The translations under genes and the position numbers were made by a program. 64,000 nt of DNA. Origin: a virus. The DNA lies in the IMG/VR virus record IMGVR_UViG_3300021127_000004, positions 1-64,000 of that record; one strand, written 5' to 3'. Numbering within the stretch: the stretch's first letter is position 1; each line of letters begins with the position of its first letter. Below, one piece after another: positions 1 through 8,445 of this stretch. A model generated the notes under the pieces. It was given only the letters and a program-made list of their open reading frames with translations, was not told the origin of the DNA and ran no database searches.

Positions 1-240
1 CGATACAGAATGTTTGGGACAATGCTACGATACAGAATGTTTGGGACAATGCTACGATACAGAATGTTTGGGGCAATGCTACGATACAGAATGTTTGGGA
101 CAATGCTACGATACAGAATGTTTGGGACAATGCTACGATACAGAATGTTTGGGACAATGCTACGATACATAATGTTTGGGACAATGCTACGATACAGAAT
201 GTTTGGGGCAATGCTACGATACAGAATGTTTGGGACAATG
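1..240 (+). repeat. 27-bp tandem repeat CGATACAGAATGTTTGGGACAATGCTA, 8 full copies plus 1 partial, truncated by window start
   Basis: Directly visible; variants GGAC>GGGC (copies 3 and 8) and CAG>CAT (copy 7); no spacers. Confidence 0.97.
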
Positions 241-320
241 GATTGTATAAAGATTATAGAGGCATTAAGCCCAAACTATATTTAAAGAAAAATGCTTTCG
301 AAATAGTATTGATTGATTAA
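3..320 (+). CDS. 5'-truncated protein with IQNVWDNAT nonapeptide repeats (probable beta-solenoid), ending GLYKDYRGIKPKLYLKKNAFEIVLID
   Basis: Frame +3 is open to TAA at 318-320; the repeat resembles phage VxGNA-type repeats; stop sits just before the next gene. Confidence 0.75.
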   Translation: MQNVWDNATIQNVWDNATIQNVWGNATIQNVWDNATIQNVWDNATIQNVWDNATIHNVWDNATIQNVWGNATIQNVWDNGLYKDYRGIKPKLYLKKNAFEIVLID

Positions 321-332
321 ACAAACAACTTT

Positions 333-557
333 ATGACACTACAACAAAAAGAAACACGATTGAATCAGGAATTGGCAAATGAACCCGCAGCGATAATAAA
401 CGCCCGTTTCCTCTATCTTACAGACACGAATCGAAGAAACTATTGTTCCCCCACTTTATTATCTAAAAGGGTAAGTAGTGGAAAGGTAGGGAGTTTAATT
501 AAGGTTTTAGATAGGGGGTATTTTAACCAACTTACAGAGGGATATTTTGACAATTAA
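333..557 (+). CDS. hypothetical protein
   Basis: 74 aa ORF with AT-rich leader, co-oriented with neighbours. Confidence 0.65.
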   Translation: MTLQQKETRLNQELANEPAAIINARFLYLTDTNRRNYCSPTLLSKRVSSGKVGSLIKVLDRGYFNQLTEGYFDN

Positions 558-579
558 TCACACTAAAAAATAAATACAA

Positions 580-1680
580 ATGAAAAGTAATGAAATTTTA
601 AAGGCTATCGGATTGCCTAAAAGCAAGTACAATAATGCACATTGCAGTAAGTTAGCAAGTGTTTACTCCCTCTTAAAAGAAGTTAAAGGGGATATTATTA
701 GTGCTGAAATAGTAGGCAGCGAAGAACTATTTTTTGGTAGAGATACTGAAAATAGTTACGATTGGAAACGAGGCAAAGAAATAAAGGTAAATAATGAAGG
801 TCAAAGCATTAAGGCTGAAAAAATAAAAGTAGTTACTTCTTATGGTGGGGTTTATTCGTTTGCTATCCCAATTGAAAATGCTTTTTATTATTCAGTTTTA
901 GACTTGTTGGGGATTTCTTACAAAGATACTAAGGTAGAAATAACAGAATTTAAGATGGGTGTGATTTTAGTTCCCGAAATTTTGGATGACATTAAAAGGG
1001 CAGCAAAGTTCGTAAGCAAGAATGACTTAAAACCACAATTAGGATGTGTTTGTTTGGATTTTAGCGGCGAATGTGTGCAAGTGGTCGCCACCGATGCACA
1101 TAGGCTTTATTTGAGCCGCAAAAGGGGATATGAAAGGAACGATAAAACCCCGTTCAAAATACTAATTAGTGCTGAATCAGTAAAAGAACTATGCAGCGTA
1201 AAGGTTGACTACGAATCCCCTATTACTATCAAAGTAGTGGACAAAGAAACGGCTTATTTCAATGATATTAAAGTAAGCCTTTACGATGGATACCAAAAGT
1301 TCCCAGACTACAAAGCAGTAATCCCCACTTACGATACATCTATGGTATTTGATAGAAAGGCTATGATAAGCAATGTCAAAAAAGTAATGCCTTACTCTAA
1401 TAAGTCCACAATGCAAGTAAACTTTCATTTGAACGGTAAAATAGAAATGATGGCAGAAGATAGGGATTTCGAGTTTGGCACTACTGCATCTTTCCCCTAT
1501 GTATCAAAAGACTTTCAAGATACTGATATAGCCTTTAATGGTAAGTTCTTAGTTGAAACGTTGGGGGTATTCAAAAGCAGCGAAGTATCTATGTTACACA
1601 ATGGTATCCCAACTAAGCCCGCTATTTTTACTGATGGCAGCGAACGAGTGTTAGTTTGCCCCTTAATGATAAAGGACTAA
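580..1680 (+). CDS. dnaN: DNA polymerase III beta sliding-clamp-like protein with atypical N-terminal region
   Basis: Clamp motifs VATDAHRL, FPDYKAVIP, IAFNGKFL, VLVCPL in residues ~135-366. Confidence 0.8.
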   Translation: MKSNEILKAIGLPKSKYNNAHCSKLASVYSLLKEVKGDIISAEIVGSEELFFGRDTENSYDWKRGKEIKVNNEGQSIKAEKIKVVTSYGGVYSFAIPIENAFYYSVLDLLGISYKDTKVEITEFKMGVILVPEILDDIKRAAKFVSKNDLKPQLGCVCLDFSGECVQVVATDAHRLYLSRKRGYERNDKTPFKILISAESVKELCSVKVDYESPITIKVVDKETAYFNDIKVSLYDGYQKFPDYKAVIPTYDTSMVFDRKAMISNVKKVMPYSNKSTMQVNFHLNGKIEMMAEDRDFEFGTTASFPYVSKDFQDTDIAFNGKFLVETLGVFKSSEVSMLHNGIPTKPAIFTDGSERVLVCPLMIKD

Positions 1681-1708
1681 TTTTTTAAACAATTAAAATA
1701 AATAAGTT

Positions 1709-1966
1709 ATGAGTACAGAAAACAAAAGCTGGTACAAGAAAGAAACTAGCGCAGGTCAATTTTTAATCATAAATGAAAGTAACGGGGATAATGTGGCAGT
1801 TGTTTATGATAACAACAACAATTCAGCATCTTTAATAGAATCAGCCCCAAATATGTATAAAGCCCTTAATGAAGTGCTTAAATTTATGACTGTTGACACT
1901 CCCCAATCAGTAGAAGCACAAAAGAAGGTAATAGCCGCTATTCGTAAGGCAGAAGGGCTAGAATAA
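1709..1966 (+). CDS. small phage protein (NAxLIxxAPxxYxAL family)
   Basis: SASLIESAPNMYKAL resembles a common phage motif. Confidence 0.7.
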   Translation: MSTENKSWYKKETSAGQFLIINESNGDNVAVVYDNNNNSASLIESAPNMYKALNEVLKFMTVDTPQSVEAQKKVIAAIRKAEGLE

Positions 1967-2014
1967 GCAGCGAATCAAAAGGCTACAAATGTAGCACACC
2001 AGAGTAAAACGATT

Positions 2015-2185
2015 ATGATAAAAAAGATTTTGTCTATTTTCAAAAAGAAAAATTACAACAAAGAAGGGTATGGTAACTTTTTTATGTTAAGGATAGATTT
2101 AGATAAGGATAAGCGAAAATTTGACGCAGCGAATCCTAAGCCCGTTTACAAAATATCTAAAATTATTGACCCAAACAATCAGTAA
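2015..2185 (+). CDS. small hypothetical protein (56 aa, MIKKILSIFKK...)
   Basis: Hand-translated ATG-TAA ORF below the track cutoff, fills the gap. Confidence 0.55.
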   Translation: MIKKILSIFKKKNYNKEGYGNFFMLRIDLDKDKRKFDAANPKPVYKISKIIDPNNQ

Positions 2186-2218
2186 ACATATTTAATCACT
2201 TTTAAACATTTTTAAGCA

Positions 2219-2374
2219 ATGGGAATAGGATATATTAAAGGGGATATTGTAATCCTTAGAATAGTGGGAAAGATTACAGAAGTAACTTTCTCACATTATA
2301 GCGGGAAGAGAGGCAAAGGGAACTTTTTCTTTGATTTTTTAGGAAACAAATATAATCTCAACCAAATAGCGTAA
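2219..2374 (+). CDS. small hypothetical protein (51 aa, MGIGYIKGDIV...)
   Basis: Hand-translated ORF, 3 nt before next ATG. Confidence 0.55.
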   Translation: MGIGYIKGDIVILRIVGKITEVTFSHYSGKRGKGNFFFDFLGNKYNLNQIA

Positions 2375-2377
2375 CCA

Positions 2378-2608
2378 ATGGCAATATTATCAGTAGCAGA
2401 GTACACAAAGAATAAGAATATACGGTTATCACTTCCCTTTAAAATGGATAAAGAAGGGGGTAAATACTATCACAAGGGGGGATGGATAGACAAGCAGCGT
2501 TTAGACGAAATTTACCCAATAGATTTGCCTTTTGCAGAGAATAGGCGTAAGGGAGAAAACCCCGAAGTAAGCAAACGTTTTATTCATAATCAAAAAAGTT
2601 ATATGTAA
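2378..2608 (+). CDS. hypothetical protein
   Basis: 76 aa ORF, tight packing. Confidence 0.65.
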   Translation: MAILSVAEYTKNKNIRLSLPFKMDKEGGKYYHKGGWIDKQRLDEIYPIDLPFAENRRKGENPEVSKRFIHNQKSYM

Positions 2609-2760
2609 TGGACAAGTATAAGTTGCAATCAGCGATTAATAAAATTAACGATAATCTTCGGTTGGGGAAATGTAAAAACCCCTTTGCAGCAAAGAACAAA
2701 AAGAAGCAATTACAAAGGGAACTAAGGGCAATATTGCAACAAGAATTTGAAGCTAAATAA
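2608..2760 (+). CDS. small basic hypothetical protein (50 aa, MDKYKLQSAI...)
   Basis: TAATG coupling with upstream stop. Confidence 0.6.
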   Translation: MDKYKLQSAINKINDNLRLGKCKNPFAAKNKKKQLQRELRAILQQEFEAK

Positions 2761-2767
2761 ATAAATT

Positions 2768-2971
2768 ATGTACTCAATAGAAGTTCAAGAAGAACAAACA
2801 AGAAAGACTTTAATAACCTATGAAGGAACAATAACCCCACAAATAGGGGATATATACGCAGGGTCTATTTTAGGGAAAGGCTTCTCTCAAATAGTAGTAG
2901 GTAGGTTACTAATCCCCGCTTGCCCAAAAAACATTGTAGTATTTGTTAAAGATGCGTATATAAATGAGTAA
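2768..2971 (+). CDS. hypothetical protein
   Basis: 67 aa ORF, tight packing. Confidence 0.6.
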   Translation: MYSIEVQEEQTRKTLITYEGTITPQIGDIYAGSILGKGFSQIVVGRLLIPACPKNIVVFVKDAYINE

Positions 2972-3152
2972 GCAAGAAAGCCCCTTTATAAGATGTTTTA
3001 GGCTGTATTTCATAGTAGAACGGGAACAAAACAAAGTAAGAAAAGCCCTACTGAAAAGTAAAGACAATAGTGTTGTTATCCCCCTTACTAACCGTTACGA
3101 TATTTTGCAGCGAAGAAAAGATAGACTTAACCGTATTAAACTTAAATTATGA
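2964..3152 (+). CDS. hypothetical basic protein
   Basis: 62 aa ORF overlapping neighbours. Confidence 0.55.
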   Translation: MSKQESPFIRCFRLYFIVEREQNKVRKALLKSKDNSVVIPLTNRYDILQRRKDRLNRIKLKL

Positions 3153-3463
3153 CAATAAGTGACAAGGCATTAGCGTGGTGGGCGGCGTTAAGCCCAGAAG
3201 AAATAGAAGATTTATATACCATCAGTACTATTGGGGAAACTTTGCCAACCATAGACCCAGAAATATTCATTGAAGGTGTCGAAAATGGGATTTTAAAAGG
3301 TTACGATGCCCCCCTTGCAAAAAGAAACTACCAAGTAGCGGAATATCTATGGCAAGAACTATTAGGAGTAGTTATGATTAATGAAAGTGGCAGAACCCTA
3401 AGCAGCGAAGAAATAAAGTCTTGTAGGGATGCACTAGAAAAACAGCGACCCATTAAGCAGTAA
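3149..3463 (+). CDS. hypothetical protein
   Basis: 104 aa ORF, ATGA overlap, ends at terminator. Confidence 0.65.
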   Translation: MTISDKALAWWAALSPEEIEDLYTISTIGETLPTIDPEIFIEGVENGILKGYDAPLAKRNYQVAEYLWQELLGVVMINESGRTLSSEEIKSCRDALEKQRPIKQ

Positions 3464-3466
3464 AAC

Positions 3467-3497
3467 AAAAGCCCTTACGATTTGTAGGGGCTTTTTT
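3467..3497. terminator. bidirectional intrinsic terminator between convergent gene blocks
   Basis: AAAAGCCCTTAC-GATTT-GTAGGGGCTTTTTT hairpin flanked by A and T tracts. Confidence 0.8.
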
Positions 3498-3687
3498 GTT
3501 GGGTTAGAATATCCCTTTGCCATTGGATAGAAACATTATAGTGAATATAACGGGCTTCTAGTTCGTCCTTTGCCTTTTTCACTTCTTCTAGGTTATGTCT
3601 CCCCGTGATAGGTACTAGAAAAACTTGCATTAAATTACCTTTCGTTTCATAGGGGATATTATTGCTTGTGTGCTTAATTACTGCCAT
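3475..3687 (-). CDS. hypothetical protein
   Basis: 70 aa ORF. Confidence 0.55.
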   Translation of the reverse strand: MAVIKHTSNNIPYETKGNLMQVFLVPITGRHNLEEVKKAKDELEARYIHYNVSIQWQRDILTQQKSPYKS

Positions 3688-3723
3688 TAAATTTCGTTTT
3701 CGGTGTGAACATTATCCCAATCA

Positions 3724-4281
3724 TCATCTTGCCAAATTAGAAGGGGAGTAAGTGGTGTTTCTTGCATCTTGATTATTGTTTAGTGGCGTTATTGTAATTG
3801 GTTGTCCGAAAATCCCCGTAGGACGATATTTATTCAGTTCTTGTCTTAGGGTGATGTTCTTGTTTTTTAGTTCGTTGTTATCCCTTTGTAGGCGTTTGTT
3901 TACTCCTTTTAATTGGGCGTAATCCCTTACTAAGTCGTTGTACTCTTGTTCTAGTTGTTCGTATTTTTTTGGGTCTTGAACATTTAGTTCCAAGTGGGCT
4001 TTCAATAGTTCTATATCATTAAAAACAACTGCATCGCTTACCGATAATTGGTCTATTACGGTATCCCTACCGTGAATTATCGTCGTGTGGTCTCGTCCAC
4101 CGATAGCATCGCCCAAACTCATTAAAGAAAACCTATAATAAACCCTTCCAATATAGCAATAATACTGCCTTATCTTTACTAAGTCCCTAAACCTTCTTTT
4201 GCTTTTTATGCTGACATAATTGGCATTAAACAATATACATATTTTCTCTAGTAGTTGTTCAGGGGTTGTAATCAATGTCAT
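3724..4281 (-). CDS. DnaA C-terminal (domain IV)-like HTH protein with coiled coil
   Basis: R..LVKIRQ and IGGRDHTTIIHG signature, followed by heptad-rich segment; no AAA+ domain. Confidence 0.8.
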   Translation of the reverse strand: MTLITTPEQLLEKICILFNANYVSIKSKRRFRDLVKIRQYYCYIGRVYYRFSLMSLGDAIGGRDHTTIIHGRDTVIDQLSVSDAVVFNDIELLKAHLELNVQDPKKYEQLEQEYNDLVRDYAQLKGVNKRLQRDNNELKNKNITLRQELNKYRPTGIFGQPITITPLNNNQDARNTTYSPSNLAR

Positions 4282-4300
4282 AACATTAAAATTTATCTTA

Positions 4301-4651
4301 CTAAAATAACGATTGTTGTTGAAATTCCCCTACCTTATCTAAAACTTCTTTAGTGGGGAGTGATTGCGTTGCATTCTCAAAATTAGTCTGTAATGCACTA
4401 TCCTTTGGAGTAGAAACCAAAAGATATTGTGCGTAGGTACATTCGTTGTTAAACCTATCGTGGGCGGTCTTGGGTACTGTTGAAATATCCCAACCCCCAC
4501 GCCTTAATAACAAGATGCTTTGCCCTATCCTAGTATGCCCGTAAAGTTGTATTGCTTGCCAACTTGTAATTGTTTTGTACTTCATTAAGTGGGCTACTAC
4601 CTTCCCGTGCTTAGTTACCTTAGCCGATTGTGTCGGATTTTTCTTTTCCAT
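4301..4651 (-). CDS. winged helix-turn-helix protein
   Basis: HL....ITSWQAIQLYGHTRIG..I..LRRGGWDI pattern typical of small phage wHTH proteins. Confidence 0.7.
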   Translation of the reverse strand: MEKKNPTQSAKVTKHGKVVAHLMKYKTITSWQAIQLYGHTRIGQSILLLRRGGWDISTVPKTAHDRFNNECTYAQYLLVSTPKDSALQTNFENATQSLPTKEVLDKVGEFQQQSLF

Positions 4652-4814
4652 TTTCTTTTATTTTAGTATCAACAAATAGTTTTACCATATCCCAATGTTC
4701 TAGGTCAATGAAACATTTTTCATCAAAAGGGGAGTTAAAGTCGTTAGTAAATATAATGTTCCCGAACCCCACTTCAACAGAATTATGTTTATCGTATTTA
4801 AAAACTTCACTCAT
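4620..4814 (-). CDS. hypothetical protein
   Basis: 64 aa ORF in minus block. Confidence 0.55.
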   Translation of the reverse strand: MSEVFKYDKHNSVEVGFGNIIFTNDFNSPFDEKCFIDLEHWDMVKLFVDTKIKENGKEKSDTIG

Positions 4815-5023
4815 AAAATTTGTTTTTCTAGTCTCATGTAATAACCAATGTTACCACTACTAAAGTACTCTTTTTGCCCTTTTTTATGCCCCGTTTCATA
4901 TTGATAGACGTGCATTTTCTTATTCATTTTTTTGCCATCGGGGGCTATGTCACTATCCCCCACATATATTATTTTTTGCCTATCAAAAATAAATGAATCA
5001 GGGGGCTTAAATTCTTCTATCAT
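4811..5023 (-). CDS. hypothetical protein
   Basis: 70 aa ORF, ATGA overlap. Confidence 0.6.
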   Translation of the reverse strand: MIEEFKPPDSFIFDRQKIIYVGDSDIAPDGKKMNKKMHVYQYETGHKKGQKEYFSSGNIGYYMRLEKQIL

Positions 5024-5156
5024 AATTCTACTTGTTTAGTCCTATAAGGGTTCTTTTTATTGCCCCCGTATTTGTGACCGATAGGGAAGGTGTGTTTCAT
5101 AATTTCTTATATTTAATGGGTTTATAACTCCATATCATTTGGCATCTGTACCGCCG

Positions 5157-5654
5157 TCACGAATAAAGGACTTCTTCTAAGTAATCCCACATTACTTGAA
5201 GATAACCTTTGGTATAAAGCATTTCTTTAAAGTGAGCGTGTTCCTTTTGATATTTAGTAAACATACTACTACCCGTCATTCTGCTGTATTGACAATTAGC
5301 AATCCTATCGCATAGCTTTACAAATAGTGCATTAGGGGTTTCTTTAATGTCTTTATAAATCCAATCGGGCATTCTTTCAGCCCTATTTCTTCCCCTTGTT
5401 AAATTAGTGCAAACCCTTACTATTTCAGCCGTTTCATAAGATGTATTTTCAAGTACATCGTTATAACTTTGTCTAGTATCTTCAATAAGGTCGTGACACC
5501 AACACCCATTAATAACACTTTCTTGATTATCATTTGAAACTAAATGTATAAATTTTTCCCCATTCCTTACAACCATTCTTAGGTGAAACTCATAAGGTAA
5601 ATACTTGTCGTAAAAGTGATTTGTTTCAGCGTGTGCTTTAATTGCGTAATCCAT
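5157..5654 (-). CDS. HD-domain hydrolase, RelA/SpoT hydrolase (Mesh1/SAH)-like
   Basis: A..AH, PY.FH, CHDLIEDT, VKLCDRIAN motifs. Confidence 0.82.
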   Translation of the reverse strand: MDYAIKAHAETNHFYDKYLPYEFHLRMVVRNGEKFIHLVSNDNQESVINGCWCHDLIEDTRQSYNDVLENTSYETAEIVRVCTNLTRGRNRAERMPDWIYKDIKETPNALFVKLCDRIANCQYSRMTGSSMFTKYQKEHAHFKEMLYTKGYLQVMWDYLEEVLYS

Positions 5655-5769
5655 AATTTTATTTTTTAAAAGTTAATAATATCATCGTCTATGTGTTTAG
5701 CCGTCACATAGCATTTAATTGTATATGCTATCATTGTGGCAATCGTTAGTAGTAGCATGGGTAGGGGGT

Positions 5770-5955
5770 TTAACGGTTAAGTAATAATTTATCTAGTTCA
5801 TCACTTGTTATCTGTCCTGTATGTTCATAGCCTTTTGATAAGCCATATCTAAGAACTTTTAATACTTCCTCTTTAGTCATTCGCTTACCGTTATGCTCAA
5901 ATACTTTATAGCTTTTATTTATATTAGCTAAACAACCTTTTATGTCTTCATTCAT
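5770..5955 (-). CDS. hypothetical protein
   Basis: 61 aa ORF. Confidence 0.6.
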   Translation of the reverse strand: MNEDIKGCLANINKSYKVFEHNGKRMTKEEVLKVLRYGLSKGYEHTGQITSDELDKLLLNR

Positions 5956-5979
5956 TTTTATTTATTGTTTAATTGTGAA

Positions 5980-6279
5980 TTAAAATTTAACACCTCCGCT
6001 TTGTATAAAATTTTCGTAAGATTGACTAGCTGATTTATTTATTTCTTCTTGTGCTTCACTAGCAGAATTATAACTATCATCTAATACTAATCCGCCTATT
6101 AGCCTAATAAAATACTTATCACCTACTTTTAGTATAGTATAAGTTTTAGGGTCACAATAGCTAGGTAAATGCGACAAATCTATTTTTTGCTCAACAATAG
6201 GACTTACTATATTTACTTGCTCTTTTTGTCTACAACCAATTGCAACTGATGCAAAAATTATAAAGTATGCTTTTTTCAT
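5980..6279 (-). CDS. putative lipoprotein
   Basis: MKKAYFIIFASVAIG-C lipobox-like signal. Confidence 0.6.
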   Translation of the reverse strand: MKKAYFIIFASVAIGCRQKEQVNIVSPIVEQKIDLSHLPSYCDPKTYTILKVGDKYFIRLIGGLVLDDSYNSASEAQEEINKSASQSYENFIQSGGVKF

Positions 6280-6959
6280 TATTTCTCATTTAATTGTTTA
6301 TGTAATACCGCCGCCACTTCCCGTAACTTACTCCATTCTTGTTTAACCTGTTCCAATCTTTCGTTTTCATCAACTCCAGAGAACATAGGGCAACCCTTAC
6401 GGATATTTCTTTCGTGGCTGCAAGCATCTTCTAATAGGTCACGAAGGGAGTAAATAGGGTCACATTTGCTAAATATATTTTCAGTCAATTTTTCAGCCAT
6501 TCTAGTACGCTTGTCTATTTCGCTTTCTTCCTTTACTTCTATCCAAGTGCCGTTTGCAAAGTTTGATACTACCCGGTCAACAGGAATTATTGGAGGTAAA
6601 TGAATGCCAGCTATTACATACCCTTCACTTTGTTTTTTTAATTCCCAAACAGAAACACCATTTCTATATACAAACCTAACCCCCGCCCAATTTCTTTCAT
6701 CTTCCTTTTCATACAGCATACCTTGTTCTTCCGCTAGGCGTTCGATGTCCGACAATTTGAAGATGTAAAAAAAAATATTAACATAGTCCTTTGCCTCAGC
6801 TAATATGTACCCTCTTTTGTGTAACCCAAAAGAGACTAATTCATTTTCATCACATCTTAATTTTTTAATAGGGAAGGGAGACGTTGAACTACAACTAAAG
6901 CCTTCGGGTATTTTTGGCAGTTTTGTACCAGCGATTATGAAATCTACTTTCTTTTTCAT
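6279..6959 (-). CDS. hypothetical protein
   Basis: 226 aa ORF, coupled to next gene. Confidence 0.7.
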   Translation of the reverse strand: MKKKVDFIIAGTKLPKIPEGFSCSSTSPFPIKKLRCDENELVSFGLHKRGYILAEAKDYVNIFFYIFKLSDIERLAEEQGMLYEKEDERNWAGVRFVYRNGVSVWELKKQSEGYVIAGIHLPPIIPVDRVVSNFANGTWIEVKEESEIDKRTRMAEKLTENIFSKCDPIYSLRDLLEDACSHERNIRKGCPMFSGVDENERLEQVKQEWSKLREVAAVLHKQLNEK

Positions 6960-6977
6960 TTTTGTGTAGTTTAATTG

Positions 6978-7169
6978 TTAAAAAGTTATTATGATGTGGT
7001 TTAAATAAATATTGTAAGCCAAATATGATACTGCCCAAAATAGCCATAATGCACACATTACAATAAGTAAGTCATCTAATCCATTATCGTCAACTATATA
7101 TACTATCCTTATAAATAGTATTATTATTAATATTAGGGCTACCACCCACAAAGCGTTAATCGTTATCAT
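6978..7169 (-). CDS. small two-TM membrane protein
   Basis: Two hydrophobic stretches separated by DDNGLDD. Confidence 0.6.
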   Translation of the reverse strand: MITINALWVVALILIIILFIRIVYIVDDNGLDDLLIVMCALWLFWAVSYLAYNIYLNHIIITF

Positions 7170-7180
7170 TGTTAAGGGGT

Positions 7181-7435
7181 TTAATTGTTAAGTAATGAAT
7201 CTACATCAACGCCACGAGCCTTCATAACTTTTGAAAGTTCACGGTAAATAACTTGCGCCAAGTTTTCGTTTGTGCCGTTCCCGTTAATATACTTATAGTA
7301 AGTAGGGTTGCTGCACACTTTCGGCTTACCTAATTCGCCACGCTTTGTAAGATATTCAATATCACAAAGTTTTACTTTAGGCTTTAATGCTACCAATTTT
7401 CTATTGGCTAAATCTAGTTGTTCTCCTGCTATCAT
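7181..7435 (-). CDS. putative HTH-like DNA-binding protein
   Basis: S.PTYYKYING segment resembles an Xre recognition helix. Confidence 0.45.
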   Translation of the reverse strand: MIAGEQLDLANRKLVALKPKVKLCDIEYLTKRGELGKPKVCSNPTYYKYINGNGTNENLAQVIYRELSKVMKARGVDVDSLLNN

Positions 7436-7453
7436 ATTTATTTGTTTAAATTG

Positions 7454-7645
7454 TTATGCCACTACGTTTAATGATTGACTTTCTTTTATTTCAGCATTTG
7501 ACATCATACCTACAAACCTGTAATCTTTAATATTATTTTCACGCATCCAAACAAGCAAATTTGCAAAATTAGTTGCCCTTACTTTTTTCCAAGTGTTATT
7601 TACTTTAATTTCGTAAACAATTGTAGTAATTTTTTGCATATCCAT
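7454..7645 (-). CDS. hypothetical protein (start revised to ATG 7645)
   Basis: Track start lies upstream of the promoter; ATG at 7645 has an A-rich leader. Confidence 0.6.
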   Translation of the reverse strand: MDMQKITTIVYEIKVNNTWKKVRATNFANLLVWMRENNIKDYRFVGMMSNAEIKESQSLNVVA

Positions 7646-7669
7646 TTTTCTTTCATTTTTAATCTGATG

Positions 7670-7777
7670 CAAATATATAGGAATAATTTGGAATAACAAT
7701 CATTTACGTTTGTTAAATTTTATTTTAAAACTTTAACAATATTTATTTAATAGTTTCAATAAATACCCTTACTTTTG
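7670..7777. promoter_or_regulatory. divergent Bacteroidota sigma-A promoters with central palindrome
   Basis: TATATTTG on minus (7670-7677), TACTTTTG on plus (7770-7777), inverted repeat TTGTTAAA...TTTAACAA at 7710-7739. Confidence 0.75.
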
Positions 7778-7803
7778 CTGTATCAAATTAAAAAATAGAA
7801 AAA

Positions 7804-8028
7804 ATGAAAAGTACAGTAACAAGAAAAACACCGTTAGCATTTACTACTACATTAGTAGAACGTATGAAAGGTAATTGGGATGTGCAATTAAGAAAAGCAG
7901 ATGATAATAGTGGCTATTATATGTATAGCACTAAAACAGGTACTCACTTTTTACCTAGTGAAAACGGTATCTATACTGATAGAGTAGATGCACATTGGAA
8001 AGGCTTTCAACTTAATCAATCTAATTAA
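7804..8028 (+). CDS. hypothetical early protein
   Basis: 74 aa ORF directly after promoter. Confidence 0.7.
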   Translation: MKSTVTRKTPLAFTTTLVERMKGNWDVQLRKADDNSGYYMYSTKTGTHFLPSENGIYTDRVDAHWKGFQLNQSN

Positions 8029-8068
8029 TCACAACAGGGGGCTAATAACTCCCTTAAAACTTATTACA

Positions 8069-8275
8069 ATGAGACACGAGAAAGTAATTAAAAAAGAAAA
8101 TACTACTGTTATAATACAAATATATATAGATGTAAGTTGTGAAGATATTTGGGATTATCAGGTTTTTCAAAAAAGCGAAAAAAATATTTATTATTACAAT
8201 AACCCAAGTGCTGCCACCCCTGCCGAAATACTAGAGGCTAAACTAGAATTGTGGAACTTAATTAAACCTTGTTAA
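8069..8275 (+). CDS. hypothetical protein (start revised to MRHEK)
   Basis: Internal ATG with AT-rich leader avoids overlap. Confidence 0.6.
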   Translation: MRHEKVIKKENTTVIIQIYIDVSCEDIWDYQVFQKSEKNIYYYNNPSAATPAEILEAKLELWNLIKPC

Positions 8276-8277
8276 TT

Positions 8278-8445
8278 ATGACCTCTCAATCAATATACGC
8301 TTTTATCGCCGCAAGGGATAGGCTACCAACAAACGAACAGCTACGGGAATTGCAACTAGAACGCTATCAGCGAATGATGCAGACCCCGAGAAATGATAAA
8401 CATAAAAGTTTTTTAAGGAAAGAAATAAAACAGTTAAAAAAATGA
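8278..8445 (+). CDS. small hypothetical protein (55 aa, MTSQSIYAFI...)
   Basis: Hand-translated; ATGA overlap with next gene. Confidence 0.6.
   Translation: MTSQSIYAFIAARDRLPTNEQLRELQLERYQRMMQTPRNDKHKSFLRKEIKQLKK

Noticed and set aside
1-285. 27-bp repeats as a CRISPR array, and track ORF 10..285 (MFGTMLRYR repeats)
   Set aside because: Repeats are contiguous with no spacers and no cas genes; frame +3 gives a more plausible protein
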